This document shows, piece by piece, positions 39,068-48,496 of a stretch of 64,000 nt of DNA. The DNA is from a virus: the IMG/VR virus record IMGVR_UViG_3300033153_004457, positions 7,122-71,121 of that record; one strand, given 5' to 3'. How positions within the stretch are numbered: position 1 is the first letter of the stretch; the number at the start of each line of letters is the position of its first letter. Under the pieces are notes generated by a model that was not told the DNA's origin, did no database searches, and saw nothing but the letters and a program-made list of their open reading frames with translations. The position numbers and the translations under genes were made by a program.

Positions 39068-39376
39068 TTAACTGGTTGTCGCAATGACCTCGATGTCCGC
39101 GCCGTCTTTCCGAACGTACCAGACGTTCTTCGATGACTCGTTGAACTCGAAATCGTACTGCAACGCGTTCATGTCCGCTTCCGGTTTAGGTAGCACGAAG
39201 GCCACGTCCTTACCGTCCAGAGATACTTCCAGGTTTTCCGTGCTTCCTTGCTTGACAATGAACTTGATACGCATCACGTCAAAGCCGAAATCCATGGGAG
39301 TCCAATCAGCATCGCTTGCGGGCGAACCCCGGAACGCCTTGATGCTCGTGTTTCCTACTGGTCCTGTCATAGCCAT
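39068..39376 (-). CDS. Hypothetical beta-rich protein
   Basis: Resembles the N-terminal domain of 38023-38637. Confidence 0.5.
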   Translation of the reverse strand: MAMTGPVGNTSIKAFRGSPASDADWTPMDFGFDVMRIKFIVKQGSTENLEVSLDGKDVAFVLPKPEADMNALQYDFEFNESSKNVWYVRKDGADIEVIATTS

Positions 39377-39381
39377 CGGCG

Positions 39382-39738
39382 TTACCCCTCACTCGGTTTG
39401 AAACGTTGCTTGCCTACCTTCTTCGCGTCGATGCGTGCCATCTTAGGCCGGTTGCCAAAATAAACCGTCAAGGAGAGGCGAACGTCATCAATGTAAACGA
39501 TGACACGTTCTCCCATCGGACCCTTTTCCCCTTCGAGTAATTCGGCGGCAAATGACACTTGCCGAAACCTTTTCGGTTGCGGTATCGTGTGCCAGTGCTT
39601 GTTGTGTAAGACCCCTATACCAGTGATCCCACGCATGAAGTCTTTGTCCTTGCAACTTCGTTTCCAAGCCTCCGCTTCGTCCTCGTCGGTGAGGTCGAAT
39701 GAAAGTGTTCTCCCGTCCTTTCGGTTCACTTTTATCAA
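39382..39738 (-). CDS. Hypothetical protein
   Basis: TTG start with AGGAG SD. Confidence 0.55.
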   Translation of the reverse strand: MIKVNRKDGRTLSFDLTDEDEAEAWKRSCKDKDFMRGITGIGVLHNKHWHTIPQPKRFRQVSFAAELLEGEKGPMGERVIVYIDDVRLSLTVYFGNRPKMARIDAKKVGKQRFKPSEG

Positions 39739-39782
39739 CTGTAACGCTCCTAAGCAAACAAGGAACCTTCCAAATTACCGGC

Positions 39783-40241
39783 TCACTTTCCCTTTCCTTT
39801 GGATGAGCTTACCGGTGGTTTGTCTTTCTCTTTGTCGCCCGCAGAGCCTTTCACTTCCGACGTTTCCGTTTCGGTCGTTTTCGGTTTCACTGCAACAGGA
39901 GACTTCGATTTCTTCGGGTCTTGGAATTTCGCCTTGGGTTTTCTCGCACCCATTGCGACGGCTCCTGCCGACTGCCTCTTAGTCTCCTTGGGCTTTCTCT
40001 TCTTACTTTTGATCTGCCGTTTGTCCGTCGTGAGTGCCACGAAACGAATATCTGTGCGGTTCAATTTGAGCCACGCAATTTCCGCTTCTCCGAGTTTCTT
40101 GACCGATCTTGGCGTCAAGTGTAGTGCGCCCTCGAAAGTGCGCTCGATGCCATTCTTCTTATCGACCTTGATACTCTTCGGTAGCTCGACGGTTTCGGCG
40201 ACAGTTCCCAGGTATTGAACTTGTGTCGTTACCACGGTCAA
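39783..40241 (-). CDS. Lys-rich hypothetical protein
   Basis: ORF with GGAGG SD. Confidence 0.55.
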   Translation of the reverse strand: MTVVTTQVQYLGTVAETVELPKSIKVDKKNGIERTFEGALHLTPRSVKKLGEAEIAWLKLNRTDIRFVALTTDKRQIKSKKRKPKETKRQSAGAVAMGARKPKAKFQDPKKSKSPVAVKPKTTETETSEVKGSAGDKEKDKPPVSSSKGKGK

Positions 40242-40247
40242 CCTCCG

Positions 40248-40769
40248 TCATCGTTTACGTTTTGTACCGGGTCGCGCCCTACCCCTTGCTCTTGGCTTTG
40301 ATTTTGCCTTCGCTTTGGGTTTGGCTTTGGAGGTCGCAACGGGCGTGGATGCTGGCGTGGCTGTGGTGGCTTCCTTTGCGTCGAGAACTTCTACGCCCTC
40401 GTCGTCGTCGTCGTCGTTGCCATCACTTGCCGTTTCATCCGCGCCGCTTTCGTCGTCGTTGCCGGTGCTTTCCTCATCGCCTGTGCTGCCCGTGTCGTCG
40501 TCCTGACCGTCTTCCGTATCAGGTACGGTTGCCCGTGCAGCCGGTTCGATGTTCGATGCATCGACTTCGTTCGACTTTCGCGTCGGTCGTTTTTCCAAGA
40601 TTGCGCGTTCGGCAAGCTCGATATGAAAGCAACCAGCATCCTGGTATTTCTTGAGCTGACTTTCGTACTTGTCGAACGCCCTATGGTTCTTGACACTTTC
40701 CCCATCGGGAAAAGTATGACTACGCTGCGATTGACTCAATGTGACCTTGTACTTGTTTTCTCGTTCCAT
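40248..40769 (-). CDS. Low-complexity protein (acidic tract, basic tail)
   Basis: First gene after capsid; AAGGAG SD. Confidence 0.55.
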   Translation of the reverse strand: MERENKYKVTLSQSQRSHTFPDGESVKNHRAFDKYESQLKKYQDAGCFHIELAERAILEKRPTRKSNEVDASNIEPAARATVPDTEDGQDDDTGSTGDEESTGNDDESGADETASDGNDDDDDEGVEVLDAKEATTATPASTPVATSKAKPKAKAKSKPRARGRARPGTKRKR

Positions 40770-40830
40770 TTGTGCTCCTTGCCAATTATGGGTTCACGTT
40801 TATGCCGCGCCAGGTTGGAACAAAGGAACA

Positions 40831-42036
40831 TCAACCGAGACCGAGGTTCTTGCCCCAAACGATGGCTTCGTCATTTTCGATTTGGAAATCGACTTTCGCC
40901 GTGATCGCGTATTGATTCATACCCTTGAAGATTTCACGGTCCTTCTCGATTGTGACATCGAGGCCGACTGCAACAATCAAATTCTGATGTTGGCCGAGCA
41001 TGATTTGGCTTTCGCCTTGGAACGTGATCTTGACCGTGGCTCCTGCACCGATTGCGCCACCGTTGTCACGAGTGATCGTGCCGTTGACGTAATCCATATG
41101 GTAGTCGACACCCTCGACATACGGTGCGATGGGAACGCCACCGACACTGATCGGTACGACGATTTCGCTACCGGAAACGAGGTTCTTGAAACCGTCGAGC
41201 GGGATGATATCCACTGCGGTCAGAGCCTTGTGGAGTGTGACGTTCGGTGTGGTTCCCAGAAGCGGAACACGTTCGAGCGGGACACCGAAAGGAGTTTGCG
41301 CGTTGCGACTGTTCAGAGCTTCGTCACCGACTTGTGAAGGCCGGGTGGAAACGCGCTGACGGTATTTCTGTTCCGTGTTGGTTGCCAGCCAGATTCGCAT
41401 CATGTCCAAAAAGCGTTTGTACTTTTCGGGCATCGCTTCGATCATTTGCGAGAATTGTGGCGAACCGACATTGGCACCACCGAAGTCCACGACTTGACCG
41501 GAGCGTGCATATTTCAGCCAACCGTCGCCCATGGCAAGCAGGGAATCCTTGACTGCCAAGGTGCTTGAGCCGCCATCCAGAATGTCTTCCTCGAAGACGG
41601 CAGGACCGAGAGTGTCACCGTGAAGTGCCATTGTCTCGATGTCGTTGCCGAGTTGCGTGGCGAACATCCTGATGATGTGGTCTTCCACGTCCTGGCCTTC
41701 GATGTTGATGCGGCTGAAATTGTCTCCGATCTCGACCGGAACCATGATCTCCTTCGGCTGCAAGGTGATCTTGGAAGTGTTGACACCGCGCCGCACACCG
41801 GGGTCACGCCCTTCGGCCTTGGGCACTGCTGCCCTACGTCCGATGTGGATTTTGTCGATGTCCATTTTCTCATTCGTGAAACGCACCGTGCGAGCGCGGT
41901 TCTTCAAACCTGTCAGGTCGAACACATAGTCGATGAATTTGTTTGCCTGAACGGGATTCAATTTTCCCGCCGCCGCAATCGTATCAGCCGTGTTCTGGGC
42001 CTTCCTTACGAGTTCCTCATTGGTCAACGTTGCCAT
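40831..42036 (-). CDS. Major capsid protein (HK97 fold, XkdG/P2-family-like)
   Basis: GKLNPVQANKFIDYVFD, QLGNDIETMALHGD, DGWLK, KVDFQIEN.EAIV; start at MATLTNEEL (GGAGG 7 nt upstream). Confidence 0.9.
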   Translation of the reverse strand: MATLTNEELVRKAQNTADTIAAAGKLNPVQANKFIDYVFDLTGLKNRARTVRFTNEKMDIDKIHIGRRAAVPKAEGRDPGVRRGVNTSKITLQPKEIMVPVEIGDNFSRINIEGQDVEDHIIRMFATQLGNDIETMALHGDTLGPAVFEEDILDGGSSTLAVKDSLLAMGDGWLKYARSGQVVDFGGANVGSPQFSQMIEAMPEKYKRFLDMMRIWLATNTEQKYRQRVSTRPSQVGDEALNSRNAQTPFGVPLERVPLLGTTPNVTLHKALTAVDIIPLDGFKNLVSGSEIVVPISVGGVPIAPYVEGVDYHMDYVNGTITRDNGGAIGAGATVKITFQGESQIMLGQHQNLIVAVGLDVTIEKDREIFKGMNQYAITAKVDFQIENDEAIVWGKNLGLG

Positions 42037-42112
42037 TTTCATTCCTCCGTGTAAACGGTTTACAAGTGTATTCAAAACATGAACGGCAGAGCTTCAGCAT
42101 TGCAATCCGTTG

Positions 42113-43231
42113 TCAGAGTTGCAAGATATTCCCGAACATGGACGGTGCGTTTTTCTCGACGGTCGTGCTGTCCGCACCTTCGCCTTGTGGGTTGCCGGGT
42201 TCGTCCTCGACTTCGCCGAGACGTTTTTCGAGCGCCGTAATGGTCACGTCTTTCGCGGCCAGCTTCTCATCGAAACTCTTCTCGACGGCTTCGAGCCGCT
42301 TGTTGATGATGGCTTCCACATCTGTGGTCGCGGGCGTTTCCGTGGTCGCTGCTGCTGCGCCTTCTGCGGGCGTTGTAGCGGCTTCTGGTGTGGTCTTGTC
42401 TGCGTCTGTCGCGGTTGTTCCCTCTGCGGGTTTCTTCGCGTCCAGAGCCTTCTGAAGCTCGGCAATCTTGACATCTTTTTCAGCCAACTTGTCGTCGAAC
42501 TTCTTCTCTACCACTGCGATCTTTTCGTTGACCAGTTTTTCCACTTCAGTCGCTTGTGCGTTGTCCGTGGTCGTGCTGGTGCCTTCTGTCGTGACTTGCT
42601 TGCTCACACTTGCCTCCGTGTCATCGTTTGTGTCGAACTCATCCAGAAAATCGTTGAGTTGCTTCTGTATGCCACGCAGTTTCTTGAGACGTTTTCCGGA
42701 AATCTTTTTCCCGGCTTTCGCAACGTGCTCGATTACTGCAACGGCTGCATCAGCGGCTTCATCGGTTTCTTTGTCCGACATTCGTTTGAGAATTCCAACA
42801 GACCCGTCAACGCCCACACTGAAGTGAGCCCATGATTGACCGAGTGACGATTCCTCGAAGATACCTTTGTCGTTCACCTTGTAAGTGAAACGCCAATCGT
42901 TCTCATCCATCGTGAAACTGCCAATCGTATCGTCTGAAATGCCTTGCGCTCTGAAGAACTTCTTCACATCTTCTTCTGTCGGAAATTCATCCTTCCAGAA
43001 GTCGAGCTTGTAGACCGCTAGAGCAAGGCGCTTTTCAACGGGAATGTCCTTGAGTCGTTTCATGACCTCGGTTTCGAGCGCATCCGTTTTCTCTTTCGTC
43101 GGTGCGTTCGGGTCACGTTTGACCACGAGGTAATCACGCTCATTGGTAGCCGAATCGACTAAGGAAACTTCGCGCGGCCTGATGTTGGTCAGCTTGCGCG
43201 GACCATGATCTTTGTCAACTTCTTTGGCCAT
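42113..43231 (-). CDS. Capsid scaffold protein
   Basis: REVSLVDSATN N-terminus, duplicated coiled coil (VEK.FD.KLA.KDV.I..L), directly upstream of MCP. Confidence 0.7.
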   Translation of the reverse strand: MAKEVDKDHGPRKLTNIRPREVSLVDSATNERDYLVVKRDPNAPTKEKTDALETEVMKRLKDIPVEKRLALAVYKLDFWKDEFPTEEDVKKFFRAQGISDDTIGSFTMDENDWRFTYKVNDKGIFEESSLGQSWAHFSVGVDGSVGILKRMSDKETDEAADAAVAVIEHVAKAGKKISGKRLKKLRGIQKQLNDFLDEFDTNDDTEASVSKQVTTEGTSTTTDNAQATEVEKLVNEKIAVVEKKFDDKLAEKDVKIAELQKALDAKKPAEGTTATDADKTTPEAATTPAEGAAAATTETPATTDVEAIINKRLEAVEKSFDEKLAAKDVTITALEKRLGEVEDEPGNPQGEGADSTTVEKNAPSMFGNILQL

Positions 43232-43244
43232 TGTTGCTCCTAAA

Positions 43245-44183
43245 TCAATCGTTGTTTAGACTTTCCACTTGAGCGACACCACCTATTGAAAAACCCGTTA
43301 GCTCTTCGGTCTGAGCTTGTTCCCACAAGTCATCATCGTGCAGACGTATCTTTAGAAGCCAAGTTCCTTTTTTGATCTTGCGCTTCGTCCCGTCCGCCTT
43401 GGTAACGCTGAATGCTACCGGAGCTAAAAATGTTTCGAGTACACTTACTTGGTCGTCAATGAGGGTTTCGTGCATCAGCCCAATGGAACCGTTTGACTGC
43501 TCCATCCAGTAGTGAGCGGCCTTCTTGATGTCGACTGCGGCGTAAATGTCTTCTTCCGCATCGAACTCATTCGGCACCAGAACTTCACCGTAAACGATGC
43601 GCTCTTCTTCGTCTTCCGCTTTGAAAATTGGAACGTAAAAAGAAACGTCACACACCTCGACCGTACCGTCAGGAACTTCTCTTCGCTTGACGAGCGTGGT
43701 ATTCAGGCGTGATCGCATTTTTGAAACTTGTGAAGTGCTGTCGTCCACCACCGCAATAAGATCATTAACAGCTACGTCTTTGACCTGCATATGTGGTTCG
43801 GAAAGGGAGATGATAATCTCAAGGATTGCCTTGAATAAATCGAACCGCTCAGAGAATGCATCTTTCAATGCGGTGAGCTGTTCGTCGGTTGGTCCGCTTG
43901 AGAGTACGAGTTCACCTTGATCTTGGATGTTATCGAAGTTCGTTTCCTGTTCGTCTCGCAAAATTCCAACCATCGCAACTACACCCGCGTCCAAATCAAA
44001 TGACTGAAACAGGGGAGCGATGAAACGGTTTTTCGCAAGTTGCAAATAGTCAATGTTACCTCGCAAGTCCAACACGGAAGACGTGTTGTACTCGTTGTCC
44101 AACATCCACTTCTCGGTGACAGTGCGGTCTTCAAAGAACTCTTTGGAAAACCTTACACTATGTATTCCTAAGCGTGCCGTCAT
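43245..44183 (-). CDS. XkdF-like prohead protease
   Basis: RIVYGEVLVP, IKKAAHYWM, IGLMH, GTWLL, LTGFSIGG; start moved to MTARLG. Confidence 0.85.
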   Translation of the reverse strand: MTARLGIHSVRFSKEFFEDRTVTEKWMLDNEYNTSSVLDLRGNIDYLQLAKNRFIAPLFQSFDLDAGVVAMVGILRDEQETNFDNIQDQGELVLSSGPTDEQLTALKDAFSERFDLFKAILEIIISLSEPHMQVKDVAVNDLIAVVDDSTSQVSKMRSRLNTTLVKRREVPDGTVEVCDVSFYVPIFKAEDEEERIVYGEVLVPNEFDAEEDIYAAVDIKKAAHYWMEQSNGSIGLMHETLIDDQVSVLETFLAPVAFSVTKADGTKRKIKKGTWLLKIRLHDDDLWEQAQTEELTGFSIGGVAQVESLNND

Positions 44184-44190
44184 GGTGTCC

Positions 44191-44508
44191 CTACTCTGTG
44201 GCGATGAACCAAAATTCGTCGTCGGCCTTGTTGACAGCATCGGTTGTTCCGACCTTGAAGCCGTAAGCGCCGTCTCGAATGGCTTCTTCATCCAAGAATG
44301 TGATTCCCTCTCCTGCGGTCATGGCCGATTGCGTACCGTCCGTGATGGTTTTCTCGCCACCGTCTGTCATGCCTTCCATCGCTTCGCCCGACATGTGTGA
44401 TGTCTTGTTGACAACCTTCACATGGCGTGGTGCGAAATCGAGCGGGATGGTTTGCTCGGCACCGGTGCCTTTGAATGACCCCGTGGTTTTCAGAACTCCG
44501 CTTCCCAT
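44191..44508 (-). CDS. Small beta-rich putative capsid cement/decoration protein
   Basis: TGSFKGTGA.Q.I.LDFAPRHVKV pattern; AGGAG SD. Confidence 0.5.
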   Translation of the reverse strand: MGSGVLKTTGSFKGTGAEQTIPLDFAPRHVKVVNKTSHMSGEAMEGMTDGGEKTITDGTQSAMTAGEGITFLDEEAIRDGAYGFKVGTTDAVNKADDEFWFIATE

Positions 44509-44576
44509 AATGGTGCTCCTTTAAAATTGGTTTACTGAAAAGTATTCCCAAATAACTCTGGAAAATACACTATTTC

Positions 44577-45560
44577 TCATGCCATGTCCACGTAACATTC
44601 ACATCTGAAATGGAATGATGGCAGTCTTGGCTTTCCGTCGTTCAATAGTTTCTCGGCTGCGGCCTCTTTGGCGGGCGAGTTCGCACCTGGCACGTCGAAA
44701 TGGAATGAAGGCTGTGCGGCTTTCAAGTCCTCTTTCGTTTCAGCGTTCAGCATTTTTTCCAGATGGTTCAAGCCGCGACGAACCGTGAACTCTTGACCGT
44801 CCATGCTGATACAGCCAATACATGTCCGGTTCGTCTTGAGACTGCGAACGACATACCGCATAGCGCCCGCGTCATTCATGGCGTACAGCGAAGACGATGT
44901 ACGCGAAAACTGAGCCTGTGTTTCTGCCAAGCCGCTGAAATATTGTCCAGCCGTTCCACGGAAACCCGGTGGTATCACTTTGCTCTCAAGAGCACCGGGT
45001 TTCAAGCGAAAGGCTTTCTCCAAGTCCTTCTTTACTGCGACACCCGTTTCTTCCAGGGTAAGACCGCGCTCGAACACGTTGACCCGCACGCTTTCTGCGA
45101 CGGTCGCCTGTACACTTTCCGAGTAAAACGAAGCGGTGGACCAACCCGTTTGCCGCTCGATGGCTGCAATGGCTTCTGTGTCGGCTTCAGACCAGAAACC
45201 GATGCCAATTTTCGGTGCCTTTTTGGCTTTCTCTACAGCCTTTAATTTCATACGTTTGATGGCATCGACTTTCGCGAAGCGGTACAGGTATTCTATGTCC
45301 GCTGAAATTCGCTCTTCGACGTTGCCTTGGAACTGGCCCATACGTTTATCTACCCTTGCTAAGAAAGCGTTGACAGCCGACTTCGTGCGCTTCAGTTTTC
45401 CGGCTTGCTTTATCAGCGGAAGGGCCAAGTCACGCCATTCAGATGTGAGGTAAAGACCAAGGGCAGGTATGACGGTTGTATCCTTCGGCTCTCTCTTCTT
45501 CCTTTTATCGACGAGTATAGCAAATATCTTTAATGTTTTCAATCGGTCTTGTACGTTCAT
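44577..45560 (-). CDS. Head morphogenesis protein (SPP1 gp7/Mu F-like)
   Basis: RTCIGCISMDG and PSFHFRCEC motifs. Confidence 0.8.
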   Translation of the reverse strand: MNVQDRLKTLKIFAILVDKRKKREPKDTTVIPALGLYLTSEWRDLALPLIKQAGKLKRTKSAVNAFLARVDKRMGQFQGNVEERISADIEYLYRFAKVDAIKRMKLKAVEKAKKAPKIGIGFWSEADTEAIAAIERQTGWSTASFYSESVQATVAESVRVNVFERGLTLEETGVAVKKDLEKAFRLKPGALESKVIPPGFRGTAGQYFSGLAETQAQFSRTSSSLYAMNDAGAMRYVVRSLKTNRTCIGCISMDGQEFTVRRGLNHLEKMLNAETKEDLKAAQPSFHFDVPGANSPAKEAAAEKLLNDGKPRLPSFHFRCECYVDMA

Positions 45561-45575
45561 ACCTGTACGGCCCTC

Positions 45576-46730
45576 TTACCATTTGCCAGAAAGTGCCAGC
45601 TTTTTGATTTTCTCGAAATCGTTCCTGTCGGCCATGTCTTTTCCAAGGAACTTTTTGACCTTTACGAAGTTTCTACCGACGAACCTTACCATCGCAGAAA
45701 ACTCTTCTGGGCTACTTCCAAACATACCTATTTGGAAATCAAAACAGTTAATAAAATCGACAGGACCGGCTCGTAATGTGAATAACTTCTTAGCGTAAAG
45801 ATGCCACCCTTTCGCTGTACCGCCCGTCTCTAGGTTCCTGTAGATCATCGGTTTCACTTTATGATTATGATTTTTGGTAATGACATTCAGTCGATGCCAG
45901 ATTTCTTCCGGCGTATCATTGAAACCGTAAAGCATATACCAACGGCCTTCGCTTTTCATTCCGTGTTTCGTTATCAGGTCCAAAGTCTTGGTAGCGGCTT
46001 TCTCTACACCTTTACTGTCCCAAGAAAACCGAACAACCGGTATTTGTTGTCGGTGTCTTTTGAACAATTCGACAAAGCGTTCATCCTTCGCGAACATTCT
46101 ACAATCGAGTCCTTGGTTGAAATCGATTGTCATTCCACGCTTGGTCAGTTCGGCTAGAACGCCCTCTACCCAATCGTAACCGCATGCCAGTATGTTATTG
46201 TCCATCGAAATAAAATGCGTGTGGCCTGGTGCCAAATAGTTTTTCCAGTGCTCATTCTTGTACAGTTTGCCTTCTATTTTCGGCACGACACACCACGGAC
46301 ATTTCCGAGTGCAGCCACGAGAGGTAAAACCAAATGAGAAGTCCATACCTAATGCCTCGTAGCAGGGCGTCTCATGCTCGAACTCAGATTGGAGGCCCGT
46401 AATTACTTCCGCACCGGGAACGTGTTGCTCGAACAGTTCTGGTTTCAGGGTAGCCGTCACACCTCCGATTTTGATTTTCGCTTTTTTGAACTTGCTCTGA
46501 AAGGACCGGATGTAGCCGATGTCCTTTTCCAGATTGAAAAGAAAGATCGGAGAAAAACAAATCTCGTCCGGTACGAAATTCTTAGGTGTCCTCTTGCACG
46601 AGGTAATTCTTACATCGTTACCGATTCTCTTTTCATACGAATACAGTTTGAGCAGACCGAGTGGTGATGGGAACTGCATTCCCTTGCTCTTCGTTGAGTG
46701 ATCGAGATGTACTAACAGAGTCTTTGTCAT
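45576..46730 (-). CDS. Radical SAM protein with B12-binding-like N-terminus, copy B
   Basis: SPLGLLKL, IKIGG, TSRGCTRKCPWC (CxxxCxxC), MDNN, YMLYGF. Confidence 0.85.
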   Translation of the reverse strand: MTKTLLVHLDHSTKSKGMQFPSPLGLLKLYSYEKRIGNDVRITSCKRTPKNFVPDEICFSPIFLFNLEKDIGYIRSFQSKFKKAKIKIGGVTATLKPELFEQHVPGAEVITGLQSEFEHETPCYEALGMDFSFGFTSRGCTRKCPWCVVPKIEGKLYKNEHWKNYLAPGHTHFISMDNNILACGYDWVEGVLAELTKRGMTIDFNQGLDCRMFAKDERFVELFKRHRQQIPVVRFSWDSKGVEKAATKTLDLITKHGMKSEGRWYMLYGFNDTPEEIWHRLNVITKNHNHKVKPMIYRNLETGGTAKGWHLYAKKLFTLRAGPVDFINCFDFQIGMFGSSPEEFSAMVRFVGRNFVKVKKFLGKDMADRNDFEKIKKLALSGKW

Positions 46731-46739
46731 TCGCTTCCC

Positions 46740-47888
46740 TTACCATTTACCAGAGTTTGCCAGCTCTCTGATTCTCTTGAAATCGTGCTCGTCGGCCAGA
46801 TCCTTTCCGATGTACTTTTTGACCTTCGCGTGATTCCTACCGACGAATTTCATTAGGTTCATGAATTCTTCAAAGTCCTTTCCGAACAGACCTCTCTGGA
46901 AATCGAAACAGTTGATGATGTCAACAGGACCGGCTCTCAGGGTGAACAACTTTTTGGCGTGCGAGTACCAACCGGTTGGAGCCTTACCCGTTGTCAAGTC
47001 TCTGTAGATCATCGGCTTGACTTTGTGTCCATAGTCGGTGATAGTTTTTATTCTATTCCAGATTTCTTCCGGCGTGTCTTTGAAACCGTAAAGCATATAC
47101 CATCGACCTTCGCCGCTGTACTTGTGAGACTTCATCATTTTCAAAGTCTCAAGAGCGGCCTTTGACGAGGCTTTGCTGTCCCACGCAAACCTGATGATGG
47201 GCATATGTTTCTTATACTTTTTGAAAACTTTGATGAAGCCTTCGTCTTTTACGAACAGCCTACAATCCAACGCTTGATTGAAATCGACTGTCATGTTTCT
47301 TTCTGACATCTCGGATAGAACTTCTTCCATCCACTCTGGCCCGCACGCGAGAACGTTGTTATCTATCGCGATGAAATGCTTGTGACCCGGTGCCAAAGCG
47401 TTCTTCCATTTTTCGTTCGTGTAAATCTTACCTTCGATTTTTGGAACGACACACCACGGGCATTTTCTGACGCATCCACGCGATGTAAAACCGAAAGAGA
47501 AATCCATTCCCATCGCCTCGTAACAAGGCGTTTCATCGTCAAACTCAGGCTGAAGGCCGGTGAATATTTCGGCCTCTGGAATGTGCTCTTTGAAAAGCTC
47601 TGGTCTCATGGTAGCCATTACGCCACCGATTTTGATTTTCGCTTTCTTGAACCTGTTCTGGAAAGCGCGAATGTAACCGATGTCCTTTTCTGCATTGAAC
47701 AGGAACAGCGGTGAGAAGCAAATCTCATCGGGCGTGAAATCCTTCGGCGTTATTTTACACGAAGTGATCCGCACGTCATCGCCAAGCCGCTTCCGGTACG
47801 AGTACAGTTTGAGTAGGCCAAGCGGCGATGGAACTTGCATGCGCTTGCTCTTCGTCGAGTGGTCAAGGTGTACTAACAAGGTCTTCAC
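46740..47888 (-). CDS. Radical SAM protein with B12-binding-like N-terminus, copy A
   Basis: TSRGCVRKCPWC; start moved to GTG 47888 (GTGA overlap, GGAG SD, aligns with copy B start). Confidence 0.85.
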   Translation of the reverse strand: MKTLLVHLDHSTKSKRMQVPSPLGLLKLYSYRKRLGDDVRITSCKITPKDFTPDEICFSPLFLFNAEKDIGYIRAFQNRFKKAKIKIGGVMATMRPELFKEHIPEAEIFTGLQPEFDDETPCYEAMGMDFSFGFTSRGCVRKCPWCVVPKIEGKIYTNEKWKNALAPGHKHFIAIDNNVLACGPEWMEEVLSEMSERNMTVDFNQALDCRLFVKDEGFIKVFKKYKKHMPIIRFAWDSKASSKAALETLKMMKSHKYSGEGRWYMLYGFKDTPEEIWNRIKTITDYGHKVKPMIYRDLTTGKAPTGWYSHAKKLFTLRAGPVDIINCFDFQRGLFGKDFEEFMNLMKFVGRNHAKVKKYIGKDLADEHDFKRIRELANSGKW

Positions 47889-48496
47889 TTTTCGCTCCGT
47901 AGCAAGTCGAGGACTTTTTGCCATGGGTCCGGTTTTCGTTTTTCCAATTCGGCTTCGATGTCTTGTACGAGGTCCGCAGGAATGTCGAGAATCTTACCCG
48001 TATCAGTACCGAAGATTGAAACGTCTGTCGGGTTCATACCATCGTTTTCCAGCGTTTTCTTCATCTCGTCAAGATCGATGTCCGAGAAGTCGAACGATTC
48101 CATCACCTCGTCGAAGTCGAGCTTTGCGTCTTTCATGTAGTCCGTGAGGCTTGTGTCGGACATCTTTCCGTACTGACTTGTGATTGCAAGTAGCTTGTGC
48201 TTCGCCTCTTTCATGGACTTCGCTTCTACCCATATCACGGGGAGCTTTGGAACTTCGTGTCCCTCTTCGCCTAGACGCGCAATGGTTCTATGGCGTTGAT
48301 GTCCGTCGAGCAAATAATGTTTTCCAGCATTACGCCAGATAAAAAACGGTGCCGAGAAACCGTACTTGAGAATTTCCTTACTGAGCTTTTCGTAATTCTC
48401 TTCCGACAGGCTTTTCAATTCACCCTGGAATGGCACCATTTCGTCGAGGGCGAGTACGTCCGCGCCCTTGCATTTGATTCTGATTTTCGTTGTCAT
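47885..48496 (-). CDS. ParB/Srx N-terminal domain protein
   Basis: LSKEILKYGFSAPFFIW...LLDGHQR motif; coupled to portal stop. Confidence 0.8.
   Translation of the reverse strand: MTTKIRIKCKGADVLALDEMVPFQGELKSLSEENYEKLSKEILKYGFSAPFFIWRNAGKHYLLDGHQRHRTIARLGEEGHEVPKLPVIWVEAKSMKEAKHKLLAITSQYGKMSDTSLTDYMKDAKLDFDEVMESFDFSDIDLDEMKKTLENDGMNPTDVSIFGTDTGKILDIPADLVQDIEAELEKRKPDPWQKVLDLLRSEK

Noticed and set aside
47885-48496. ParABS plasmid-prophage partition system
   Set aside because: No ParA nearby, no clear HTH; stand-alone ParB/Srx domain in a late operon
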